This document shows positions 48,762-60,448 of a stretch of DNA of 64,000 bases, one piece after another. The stretch is from Yuukianura sp. NJ FZ-2021. Its lineage: Eukaryota. The notes below the pieces were generated by a model. That model had not been told where the DNA came from. It saw only the letters and a list, made by a program, of their open reading frames with translations, and did no database searches. The stretch covers positions 1,054,001 through 1,118,000 of the forward strand of contig CM102289.1 in the NCBI GenBank assembly GCA_046563655.1, read 5' to 3'. Numbering within the stretch: the first letter of the stretch is position 1; each line of letters starts with the position of its first letter. The translations under genes were made by a program, and so were the position numbers.

Positions 48762-51729
48762 ATGTGTTTGTTTTGGCTTAAGCTTTTTGTGAAGATGGTT
48801 CTCATTTTACGCATCGCAGCAAATTCAGACTTGATAATTGCTGAAAATCATCAGTTTCAAATTGCTTCTGTGGCGATTGGACAGCAAGTCCCCACTGCCA
48901 ATCGCCAGGATGGAGAGTGTACGAAGTGGCCCGTGTCTCACTCCCATCACATACACCAGTTCCCTTCCTTTGACAAGCCAGATTGAACCGGTAGCTCAAT
49001 TGGTAGAGAGCATCTTCCCGGATTGAAGAGGTGTGGGTTCGAGTCCCACTCGGTTCCTTATTTTTTCTGGCTTGTCCTTTGTTTCCCCTTTATCCCTCTC
49101 CCTAGTCCTCACACTTCTAGTACTGGAGTTCCCATAAAGTTGTTCCAGCTGAGTTCGATAGAATTAGGCTGCTCTACAGAATCGCCGATTTCGACGGGAA
49201 CGGGAAACTCTGAAAAACAGCCGATTTCGGAGGGATCAGGAATCTCTGAAGAATCGCCGATTTCGGAGGAATCACGAGTCACAAGGCAATCAGGAATCTC
49301 TGAAGAATCACCGATTTCGAAGAAAATAGGAAACTCTGACACACCGCCAATTTTGGAGAAATCAGGAATTCCTAAAAAACCGCCGATTTGGAAGGAATCA
49401 GGAACCTCTGAACAACCGCCGATTTGGGAGGAATCAGGATCAGGAATCTCTGAAGCCCCGACAAGTTCTGAAAAATCAGCCACATCTACGGAATCAGCAA
49501 TTTCAGAGGAACCAAGGGGTACAATCCACATTTTGAATTTGCATAAACTGGTAAATCAGTTTCCACACAGTGACAATTTGATACTTGCTGAAAATCATCA
49601 ATTCCAAATTACTTCAAGCTTTGCCGTTCCCATAAAGTTGTATTACATGCAGCACAGTAACGGGACTCTGGAAGTTCCTTTTAATGACCCTTATGTGATA
49701 AACCTCATGCACAGTTCTGGTAACAAACTAAACCATTTTGCCATTTTCCTCCTTTTCCTAAAAAGTATTTACGAAAAACTGACCGAAACAGACTGGTCGC
49801 CGCCTGAGAAAGGTGTTTCCATTCATCTTCTTCGTCTCAACTCCGATGAACAAGATGAAAATGAACTAATGAATTTTCGCCCTTTTGCATTCCTATTTAA
49901 ACACAAACTAAAACGAAATTCTCAAAATTTTGAAATTTTAAAAGAAAATGGTGACCTGAACTTGTACATAATTTCCGAAATATCATTTTGCTTCATAAGA
50001 ATGAACAGTGATGATAACTATTCTGGTAAATTTTACCGAATGAACACAACGCTAGCGCTGCTTGGGAAAAACTTTAGCCAAATGATTCCAACTGTGGAAG
50101 AAGAGGCAAGAAATAGTGTGTACTGGTCAGATGAAAATGTAACGGACGGAAAAATGCAAGTTTTCAAAATTTTGAATCCGTTCAAAATGCATGAACTTGT
50201 ACCAAAGACAATTGATTTTCACGCGTACATCGACGTGATTTTACATTACAAACCGGGTATTTTCGTTTCGTCTGACAAAAAAACATTAGGAGACAAAATA
50301 TTATCGATGTGGAAACACTATGGTTTCAGTTTACTACATCCTGATTCTGATTTTACAATTTTACATTTTTTCCCAATTAAAGAAGAAACGATAAAATTCT
50401 TAACTTGTGATGGAATTAGTGACTTGGTCACTTTTCAATTTTATGCAAAGCCATACACAACATACGCTTGGAGTGGAATATTAGGAACAGCAGTTTTGTT
50501 AATATGTTTTGCAACTTTCCTAGCCTATATCCAATCTAAGACTTCTCCAATTTTTGTTTGTTTTCACTTTTTATTTTTATTTTTTGTAAGTCTGATTGAA
50601 ATTCCTTTTAAACTGCAACGCAACATAGCCCGAAATTGCGTAATATTTGTAATCACTTTGTGGTTTTTGTTGACCATTATTTTGACAAATGGATACAAGG
50701 GAGTAGTTGTTTCATACTTGACTACTCCTAGACCCATTACACAAATATATACAAAGTTCAGTCAGTTGGAAAACTTTGTTGTAGTCACTAATAAGTATGA
50801 TACGAACGAAATACATGAACAACATAGTTAACTTTTATAACTCGCCTACTGACTGTTTCGTAAGCGAACTTGAGCAGATGTTTTACTGTGAATGCAATTC
50901 CACTGGCGAGTTTTATGATCCGTGTTCTGTTGAAATTTACGAAAACACTGCTTTCAAGACATTAGTAAATTTCGCCCAATCACCAAATTTTGAATGCCTC
51001 CCTGTTCCAGTAATTCCATTGGACAAACCACTTGTAGTGGATAATTGCCTCAATACTTACATGCATGTTAAGCAAAGTGAAAAAAGTACCAGCAAAACCT
51101 TTTTAACTGACTCCACTGTAAGACGTAAATTTCCATCGACATTTATACTAGCAAACTTGCCGCCAGTGTATAACATTAAACATTTCCTAGACCACAACGC
51201 TACACTTCTAAGACTTGCCCAAATTCTGTCATTTTGCACCAAAACGGCCTTTCTCGCACCGGAACCAGATTTAAATTTATTTTTAGCCTACTCTGAAAAT
51301 AAAGCCAACCGTGTTGGTACTGAAGAAAATTCGGCCATTTTCCGTAAAGGAACGGAACCATTTGGCAGATATGTGCTGGGATACAATATACTAGAGACTC
51401 ATCAGTACAAAAGATTGCAGCAACTCATGCACTCTGGAATTTATCGTTTGTTGGAAAAGTGGTTTCCCATTGTTAGACCTAATCCATTGGACGAGATTCT
51501 GAATGAGCACAAAAAAGTACCATCACTGAACCGAAAACCAAAAAAATTAAAGTTGGCAGGAAACATTATAACATGTTTTTATTTGCTTTTGGGTTGCTTG
51601 AGTTTGTGTAGTTTAGTATTTCTTTATGAGGTAAAAACACAAGTTTATAGTGTTATGGTAAGAGCGAAAATTTCATTCCGTAGGTTAAGATTACGATGGA
51701 CAGATTCGCTTATACACAATTTTCCATAA
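48762..51729 (+). pseudogene. Divergent ionotropic receptor, disrupted
   Basis: FLTCDG, LTNGYKG, LMHSGIY and KLKLAGNI motifs. The insertion at 48869-49113 adds an in-frame stop, and a 4-bp duplication near 50803-50810 shifts the frame. Confidence 0.75.
48869..49113 (+). mobile_element. 245-bp TG..CA element with internal tRNA-like cloverleaf (48985-49056)
   Basis: TGTGGCGA...TCCTCACA with 4-bp TSD CTTC. Removing it restores QIAS|STGVPIKL, matching QITSSFAVPIKL in paralogous sequence. Confidence 0.8.
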
Positions 51730-52339
51730 GACTTCTGGTATACATCTCTTATGATTGGGCGCACAAAAAACTACGACCACACTTTTTGCATTAGTATACG
51801 CTGATGATCAAAACATCGGACAACTAGGTGACGAAAACAGTACCCTTCGTCCAGAAAACTTAGGTTTTCGGGAAAATGTTTCTGGACTTATGAAAACATA
51901 CGTTTTCTGGACGCAGACTCCTGTTTTCGTCAGTTAGTCGTCCGATGTTTTGATTTGTTTTGAATTTTATCTCTCGTGCTTAAGTTTCATCCAAGTGTTT
52001 TTAAATTAAGGCCAAGAAATTGTTTTTTTTAAAGAAATGGTGAAATTAGTGTAATTTATTGTGCATCAACATGGTTTTAAAAAGAGTGAAAAAAAAATTG
52101 TAAAAGTAACCGAAATTTTTTTGAAAGTTTTGCTAAATAAAATTCAAATTTATTTAGGAATATGTTTTTGATAGATTGGAAAAACTGAATGTAAGAGAAA
52201 AACAATGTAAAAAAAAATTAAGTGACGATGGAGCTCCACAGGGAAAATTTTAGTTGAAACCAAAAACCAAATTTTTAAAAATTTGATAAAATCAGAACAA
52301 ATTTTTTTCAACATGTCCGATCTTTGAAAACCACTTAAG

Positions 52340-53734
52340 TTAGGCCAACACAATAACATTTATAAGACAATCAAAGAGGAGACTAAAGTAAGTAGCTGGC
52401 GTTGATCGTTTCATAAAATAAAAATTCGAAACTTGGATTTTGAGAGGTCTCAAACTCCGCAGAGTTCGAATTACCGCTCCGCTTGACCTTTGACCCCTCC
52501 AAGTCGAAATCAGTTTCTGACTTTTCGTGTTGACCTCTGACCCTGCCAGTGTTATAGTAAGCAGGACACTAGTTGAGACGACAATTCTGATCATAAAGCT
52601 CACGTACAGCGACATCCCAAATTTTCCATTTCTTCCGCTAACTAAAAAGTAAGCTTGGAAAACCCATGACCCTCCAACAAGTCCCACAACGGCTGGGATA
52701 TGCGCAGAAGCAAAACAGTTATTGTGCAACTGATTTATAAGTTGATAGAGGCGGTATGTTCCAAGTTGCTGTTCATCTGTGTCGGACCTGTTCAAAATTT
52801 GAAATTTTTAAATGCGAAAAAATGAAATTTTGAATATCTTTTTTTTTTAAATCTGCACTGTTTTATACATACCTAAGTAGGTCCATTGCTTTGATTGTGC
52901 CAATCAGGTACACTATGGAGTAAAAAACAAGACAAAGACCAAAAGCTATGAAAAAGTAGAACAAATAAGTGTCCAGCATGGAACAAAGCAAACTCAGCAC
53001 AAAATTTTCATATTTTTTCGGCACAAAATAGTATAAGTTGTATACTTGGCGTGGATTCATCAATTTCAAAATAAATACGAGGCCAAGGGTGTTTACAGTT
53101 GCAAAGACGCTGAGCATTTTTGAAAATTTTTGAACCGCCCTCCAGTTTGAACTGAATTTACTGCTTCCGTACTTTCCTGAAAATCATCAATGTATAGCTA
53201 AAATTAAAATTTGTGATTAGTACATTAAATGTAATCTTGAAATATTTAGCAACTTATTACATAAACTTTTGGGACAAATGGATTATGCCTACCTTCAATA
53301 ATATTTTGCAGAACCAGAATTTGGTTGAATAAGTAAGCATGAGCATATCGATTCAAAGCCACCGTAGTGTGAACCACAACCGAAATGAAGAACACAATAA
53401 TAAAAAATCCAGTCATAATTGCTTGCGTAAGTTTAAGTTGCAAATTGGTGTTCAAGTATTGGACCATGACGTAAACCACCGAAAATAATTTCAAATATGA
53501 CAAGCCAATAAAAAACAGCCAAATATTTTGTCGTCTTTTCGATACCAATATAATTTTGCCGATTTTGTCAAATGTAAACGGAAAAATTCCAAGTTTGGAC
53601 ACAAAAAGGACAAATTTTGCTATAAATCGAATTTGCGAAATTGCCAAGTCAGGGTTGTCCAGGAACTCAAACGCAGTTGCAACCCTGCTCTTCTGGATTT
53701 CTAAAATTTTCAAAAATCGGTCAGATTTTAACAT
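52340..53734 (-). CDS. Gustatory/odorant-receptor-like 7TM chemoreceptor (3 exons)
   Basis: Multiple TM segments; C-terminal TLRSLRPLKIQVSNFYFMKRSTPATYF..LINVIVL; paralog of 21587-23393. Confidence 0.65.
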
Positions 53735-54843
53735 ATTTCTTATTTTTTTAATTTCCTTTTTTCTTTTATTTGCACTCCGAAAGCTTGAACACAAAAGTGA
53801 CTGACGTGAAAAAAAAAGTAAAAGTCAAGGAGGGTGAATACTGTAGTGCAATAAACTTGATTAATTTGAATACAAAAAGTAGTATACTCGGGATTTCAAA
53901 AATGTAAGAAATGTACAGCGTATTTCACAAACTGCGTTCTTTAAAAAAAGCTATAGAGTAAGCAGATTTAACAAAAAATATAATAAGTTCCAATTATCCT
54001 TGCTTTTTTGTAAATCTTTGTTAAAAACTTCGCTGTTCTTGTATCATTTTTTCTTTTTTGTGCAAAAAAAAAACATTCGTGGTCAGTTTTTTGAGACGGC
54101 CACTGTACACCATGATTGGCTTTCTGTTAGATCTTGATTCAGTTAAACTCAATACAACTCCCAAATTGGAATTACTGCAAACGAAAGCAGGCAAATGTAA
54201 GCATAACAAATGAATGACAAAGGCGTTGTGCAGATTAAAAACTGCCCCAAACTACTTTTCTTAAAAAATAAAACACCCATGGAAGTAGGACAAGATTCCT
54301 TCAAAAATTGTTTTGATTTTTTTTTACTTTTTCATTAGCAAAAATTTCAGATCTCGTGCAAAATGCTTTCAGTTTTCGAAATTAATGGGAATTATTTAAA
54401 GTCGGCATTTCGTGTTAAACTTTTTAAAAGTTCCGCCCCCGGACATAGAATTGCGCCGAAAATTTTTTAAATTTGTTTTTCTTTCATGCAATACATATAC
54501 AAAGAAATTAATTTTTACCGCAAACTCATCGATATTTGCGATTTCGTTTTCAGGCTTAAGAGTCTTTTACTTCATTTGAACAATTTAACTATAATGAAAT
54601 CCTCTATACAAACCTCGTGTTTGACAGTTCCAAGGACTTGAAAATTTTAAAGACCAAAATTTTAATATTTTTTAAAAGGTTTAAATTTTTTGAAAACGTT
54701 TATTACGATTAGAACTAAATTTTAGTTTTCGTTTTGCCACTTGCACACGGTAAATGTTCGTGCAGAATTTGGTATAAACGACACGCCAACCTCCGACTTT
54801 ACTACCATTCACTTTAGCATTTGATTTTGAGTCATTGCACAAA

Positions 54844-57377
54844 ATGTTTACCTTATTTTTTTCCCTATTGTTATTTTTAAAAGTAAGTTTTTGTTCTAAA
54901 ATATTGAATTTGAACCACTGGTTGTCTCCTTTTTCCCACTGTCATCTGCATATCATCAGTCATGTGACTCTCGATTTTGACGAATTTGAAATTCCCGTTA
55001 TCCTGGAAGACGTTTTGTATGGTAACACAAGTTGGATTTACGACAACACAAGTTGGATTTACCAATTCGGCGGAGCTCGTATGCGGCGTGGGGAATGGGA
55101 ACGCAAGGAGCCGTTTTTGGCAAATAGTTTTACAAGATTCAACAAAACGCGTCTGATTAGCTCATCTCTGCCACTGCCTACCGACGACACTCTGACGCTC
55201 GTTCCGTTCAACTGGGCATGCGTGGTCCATGTTCTCCTGATCCCGAAATTTAAGTATCTGTATAGCGGTTTTCGGGACGCACCTGATTGGTCCAGATTCC
55301 CCGTTTCTGCTTCTTTGGTCAACTACTTCAATCCATTTGGCAGATATCAAATCCCTCCGGCTAATATCCTACTCTGGCCGAATGCAGAAATAAGGGCCTC
55401 GGGCCAATATTTCCTCTTTTTCGGTACTTTTCAAACTTTTAAGCGTCTCTGGGTAAATGCCTTCAACTTCCGGATCGGCGTTGGGCAAAACACGAGAAAT
55501 TTGTTTTTCTACTTTCCCGCCAAAAGTTTTTGGAACAAAATTACTACCTACACAACCAGTCAATGATACACATTTGTGCTCTGTGTAAGGCCCCATTCAA
55601 ATGGTTTTATATTTTGAATTTTAGTAGAGCGGGATTGGAAAAAGAGTGGAAATATTGGGAAACATGGGACAATTGCTCAGATGTTGCTTGGGACATTGGA
55701 ATTTGGCCACAAGTCTCTCTTCGTGAAAACTATGCAAGGCGATTCGGCGGGACCCCTACACATCGCCAAATTTTGAAATTCAAAAATGTTCAAGCGCGAA
55801 ACTTAAAAAGTTCTACAATCCATGTCAACTTCATCCTGACCAACCTTGTTTTGCCCAAAATGCGGCCAAATGCAAGAATCAACAAGTATGGGCCAACACC
55901 TAAAATAATTTTTGACGCCATGAATGGTCTGTTTTTTAGACAAGAAATGCAGTTTCGATTTGTCACTTGTGATGGCGCCCTACACGAAGGATTTAAATTT
56001 GATTCACTTTATTCCGCCATTGACTCCTTTACTTGGATCTGTATCTTTGCAATCACTGTATTAGCTGCTATTGTTACCAAATTTGTTTTGAAATTCCATA
56101 AAATCGGGGGTCAGTGGCCATTTTTGGACATGCTGGGGTCGTTGGTGGAGCAAAGTCTTGGTCCACTTTTGAATCCGAAGCAGTTGTGGCCACTTTATTG
56201 GATTTTGACACCTTGGCTGTTTACTACAATTGCACTGATTAGTTACTACAAAGGTGACATGACAACAGACATCACTGCGCCGATGCATGTTGCTCTACTC
56301 AAGTCTTTTGCTGAACTTGTACAGCGCAATTACACGATTTATACAAAGGGATATCCACTTCAAGCGGACTTGGATAAATTTTACGAAACAAAAGATTCAA
56401 GTGATTTTCAATATTTGACGGAACTGGGGAAGATTTGGTACACTTCGTGGTATAACTATGGCAAATTTAATACAACGGTAAATTAATGTTAATTTATGAA
56501 TTTTATTATAATTTCAAAATATTCAAAAAAAAAAATTTTTTTTTTCATCATTCCATATAAGAATTGTTTAGTAGAGTCGGAGGGTAGTTTTTCACAGAAA
56601 GAGTTGATAGCTCATTGACTAGAGTGTCTACCTAGAAAGAAGGAGTAACGGTTCGAATCCCAGTCGGTTCAATGTTTTTTTTTTGTTGTGTTTCAGAGAG
56701 AATTTGATACGATTTTGTTGATGCGAAGACAAATTGTTCTTCCGAAAAATAATGATGGATTTTTGGAGCGAATTTCAAAGGAGAGGAAAACGGCTTATGC
56801 TGACTGGGACTACAGAATACTGCCAATTGAGAAAGCGCTGCGTGCGCAAGGAAATTGTGAAGGTGGAAGGTTCCTGTCGCGCAGTAACGAAAGCATGATG
56901 AACGTAACTGTTGGGTGGTACTTGGAGCATTGGGTGGATCCAGGAATTCCGGACAGGTTGACCCACATTGCGGCGGGTGGGATTTACGAGTACTGGAGAA
57001 GTATGGAGTCCCACCTCAACGAAATCCACCTCGTACGAACCCACGGTGTGGTTAAATTTAGTGCTGCGAAGGAACTCAACCTGAGTGACAACATTGGTGG
57101 GATTTTTCTGGTTTACCTGTGCGCCGCTGTCGTGCTTTTCTTGTCCCTCGCTGCTGAGTACATCGCTGATACTGTATCTGTAAATTGGAACAAGAGGAAA
57201 AACAAAGTAGGAAAATTTGACACAGAAGAAGATGAAATTTCGAAAAATTCACAGTTAATTTTAAAAACTGTGGTAGGAGTTGTTGCGATTGAGGTGCATG
57301 ATGGAGGGGCATCCGATTCCCCCTTATGCGAAACTGTTCGTGATAGCTCAGTTGGTAGTGAGCATCTTCTGGAGTGA
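54844..57377 (+). pseudogene. Divergent ionotropic receptor with a frameshift near 55540 (or sequencing error)
   Basis: Signal peptide; FVTCDG, LGSLVEQS pore-like motif, LISYYKGDMTTDITAP, IAAGGIYEYW, LNLSDNIGGIF. Intron 56478-56696. The two 5' ORFs overlap in different frames. Confidence 0.65.
56601..56670 (+). repeat. tRNA-like repeat copy in IR intron (degenerate)
   Basis: GATAGCTCATTGACTAGAG...GGTTCGAATCCCAGTCGGTTC followed by a T-run. Confidence 0.55.
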
Positions 57378-57407
57378 AGAGACGTGGGTTCGAGTCCCAC
57401 TCGGTTC
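57337..57407 (+). repeat. tRNA-like repeat copy overlapping the IR stop codon
   Basis: GATAGCTCAGTTGGTAGTGAGCATCTTCTGGAGTGAAGAGACGTGGGTTCGAGTCCCACTCGGTTC. Confidence 0.7.
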
Positions 57408-58160
57408 TTTACTTTTTCTGTATTTATTCTTTGTCTCTCTAGCCGTGTGACTCCCCTTAAGCCTCAAAAAGTGTAAAATAGCACTTGCCGAAAAATCTAA
57501 CTGGATTTGGAGATTCTATAAATACATTGTTCAACGGTACTAAAGTTTCATCCAAAAATATAATGTTGAAGGGCCCCTTCTGAAGTGTCAAGCTCTTATT
57601 TCAAAGTCCCTTTCAGCTTCATTTTGTTGTTCAAAAAAATTTAAAAGCGTAAAACTTTTACGGGTTTTTCTATAAGATAAAACCCTAAAATATTCAAGTT
57701 CGTTAAAAATTCTAACTTCACAAATGAAAAATTCGGCTCACGATCAGTTTAAGTTTTTCATAATTTATTTCGTGTCTTGTCTACTTTCGTCCACTGCTTT
57801 CGAAAATTATGGAGTAGGAAAAGGTTTCAGTTCTTCAGTTCCAGTCATTTTAAAATTCACAGCAAATCGATACTCCAAAATCACAAGCCAGAAGATCACT
57901 AACGCAAATTTTATCAGAACCGTACGATCCAAACGCTAAATCAAAAATTTCAGTCCGCCCAAAGTTCTGGAATCCAAACGAAGTTGGTTGCGTTTCACCG
58001 CAGCATCAATTTAACAACGAATCTAAACTAAATTCCGATTCCAAGAAATTTCAAAAACAACTTCCAAAATTGGCGCCTATCTCAAATTTTCTAACTACAA
58101 CCACAGAACTACCGAAAACAAGTGGAGTTAGTTTTGTATACTTCAGTAGCTTTTTAGAAA

Positions 58161-58368
58161 TAATGCTCAACGGATTTTTGAAACTGGACTTGTCCTTCAT
58201 TTCAATTCATACAAAGTTTCTGAACAAGAACTGCTGGTTGCCATAGAAACGCTGCTGGGAGATGATCTGCTCCAACGCAGAATGAAATCCATCTCGCAAA
58301 GAATCCAATCGTCCAACAGCCAATCAAAAGCAGCCGATCTTGTTGAAGAAGTCGCTAGAAAACACTAA
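58161..58368 (+). pseudogene. UGT 3' fragment
   Basis: NAQRIFETGL...AADLVEEVARKH* without upstream exons; the downstream flank matches 41651-41957. Confidence 0.85.
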
Positions 58369-58950
58369 TGGAATAATACGCTTCAAAACCAAAATTTTAT
58401 GACAAGGTTGGAATAGTTCAAATAGGTTCAAACTGGAATATTAATTCACTGCGGTTAGTTAAATTTAACTTCCTCATCGTGTTCCACTTGTCAAGGGCAA
58501 CTACGCGCGTAAATTCAAAAGTGCATTTTACACTTGTTACAAATAAAACATGTCTATTAAAATGAAAACGTCGAGGTTAATCTGTTTTTATCAAAGTGCA
58601 CCTTGACTTGACTTAAGCATTCTGCAAGTTCCAGTTTTCAAAAAGAAAAAATTTAGGATAAATATCACGACGTCGCAGTCGTGTCAGTCCTAATACCGAT
58701 TAGATTCAGTACACAAACGCTTCTCCACAACACGGAATATCATACCATGTACGTTTAAAAAAAGTTGTCTATTTGTCAAACACACCAAATTTAATACATC
58801 CAGCCCAGCAATTATGATGTTCAGAGGCAAGTAACTTCATTCAGGAATTGAAAATCAGAGTTCAATTTTTGATTGAAACACGACTTTTTGTTTTAAATTT
58901 TGGCTAAAAATTTTGTGAGACTTTCGTTTAGAAATTGGGGATTTGCAAAA

Positions 58951-60448
58951 ATGCCAGAAAAATTAAAGTTTTTGTTTGTGCCGGCTGACGGAGTTGGTCA
59001 TTTCAATGCTTGTTTTGGCATTGCTTCGGTTTTGAGAGATCGAGGTCACTCGGTGACCTTTGCAGCTCCTGAAATTTGGCGAGGGAAGTTGAAAGCGATG
59101 GGGTACAATGAAGAAATGTACAAAACGTCTGACGAATCGGCTGATTCGGATGAACAAGCGGGAAAAAAGTGGGGTGAAATGATTGCAAAAATGGCGCAAG
59201 TACTTGCAGGTCCAGTGATTGAGTTGCACAAAAAATTGTACTTAAAAATGTGGGAAGAACTTTTCGTCAAAGTCAAGTACGTCCATGCACAGCTCAACCA
59301 AATTGTGGAACGTGTTAACCCGGATACTATGATTTTGGACATATTTTGGCACTGTCCAGCACTCATGGAATCGGGTAAACACAAATGCTATAAACTCAAA
59401 CATAATTCAAAATGATCAAGGAATGATGCAAATGAAAAAAAAAGTAACGAACAAGTTGTACCAACCTAAATTTTTGAGACTTTTTTTTGTAGGAATTCCT
59501 TGGATTTCTTCAATTTCTGCAGCGCCGCTAGGACTTTCGAGAGACAATGTTCCACCGGCGCACGCCGGAATTTCCAACGGAAGCAAGTTTGGAAGAATGG
59601 AAAAATTTTGAAACTGAACTCAAAAAATTTATACAAATTTTGAAAACAACTACAACCAATGGCTGCGTGATGTTGGTAGTGACGAAGTAGTTCAAATGAA
59701 ATTTCCGTACATGATGCAACATTCTCCTTATGCCAACATGTACATGTATCCACTTGAGTTGGACTACACAGCATACCGACAACTTCCATCCACTTTTCAT
59801 GGGTTTGACGCTTTTGTGCGAAAGTCAACCGAAACTTTTGAAGTTCCCGCCAAAATCCAAAATGGACCAGGAAAACTGATTTACTTTTCAATGGGAACTT
59901 TGGGTTCGATGGAAATGGGAGTAATGATGAAACTGATTTCAATTTTATCAAACTCTCCAAACAGATTCATTGTCTCCAAAGGTAAAATTTCAAAATGTGT
60001 ACAAAAAAGAAAATTAAAAATTCCAGTTTTTGGTTTAATTTTAGGACCAGCAGGAGATGACCTTGACCTTGCAGAAAACATGTGGGGAGAGAACAACGTT
60101 CCGCAGTTAGCGATCATCCCAATTGTTGATCTCGTGATTACGCATGGCGGGAACAACACAATTGTGGAATCTTTTTATTTTGGAAAACGACTTTTAGCTT
60201 TGCCTTTGTTATTTGACAATACAGATAATGCACAACGGATTTTTGAAACTGGACTTGGCTTGCAATTCAATCCATACAAAGTTTCTGAACAAGAACTGCT
60301 GGTTGCCATAGAAACGCTGCTTGGAGATGATCTGCTCCAACGCAGAATGAAATCCATCTCGCAAAGAATTCAATCCTCCAACAGCCAATCAAAAGCAGCC
60401 GATCTCGTGGAGGAAGTGGCAAGAAATCGTGTAAGAAAAATTAAGTGA
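58951..60448 (+). pseudogene. UGT6, with compensating +1/-1 indels in exon 2 (pseudogene or sequencing error)
   Basis: Exons 58951-59374, 59493-59981 and 60045-60448. Extra A at ~59570, missing A at ~59625, TGA at 59609-59611 in the shifted frame. Signature ends FDN. Confidence 0.75.

Noticed and set aside
48985..49056. Functional tRNA-Ser(GGA) gene
   Set aside because: It lacks U33, purine-37 and the long variable arm of serine tRNAs. It sits inside an insertion with a TSD and has degenerate relatives, so it is treated as part of a repeat.
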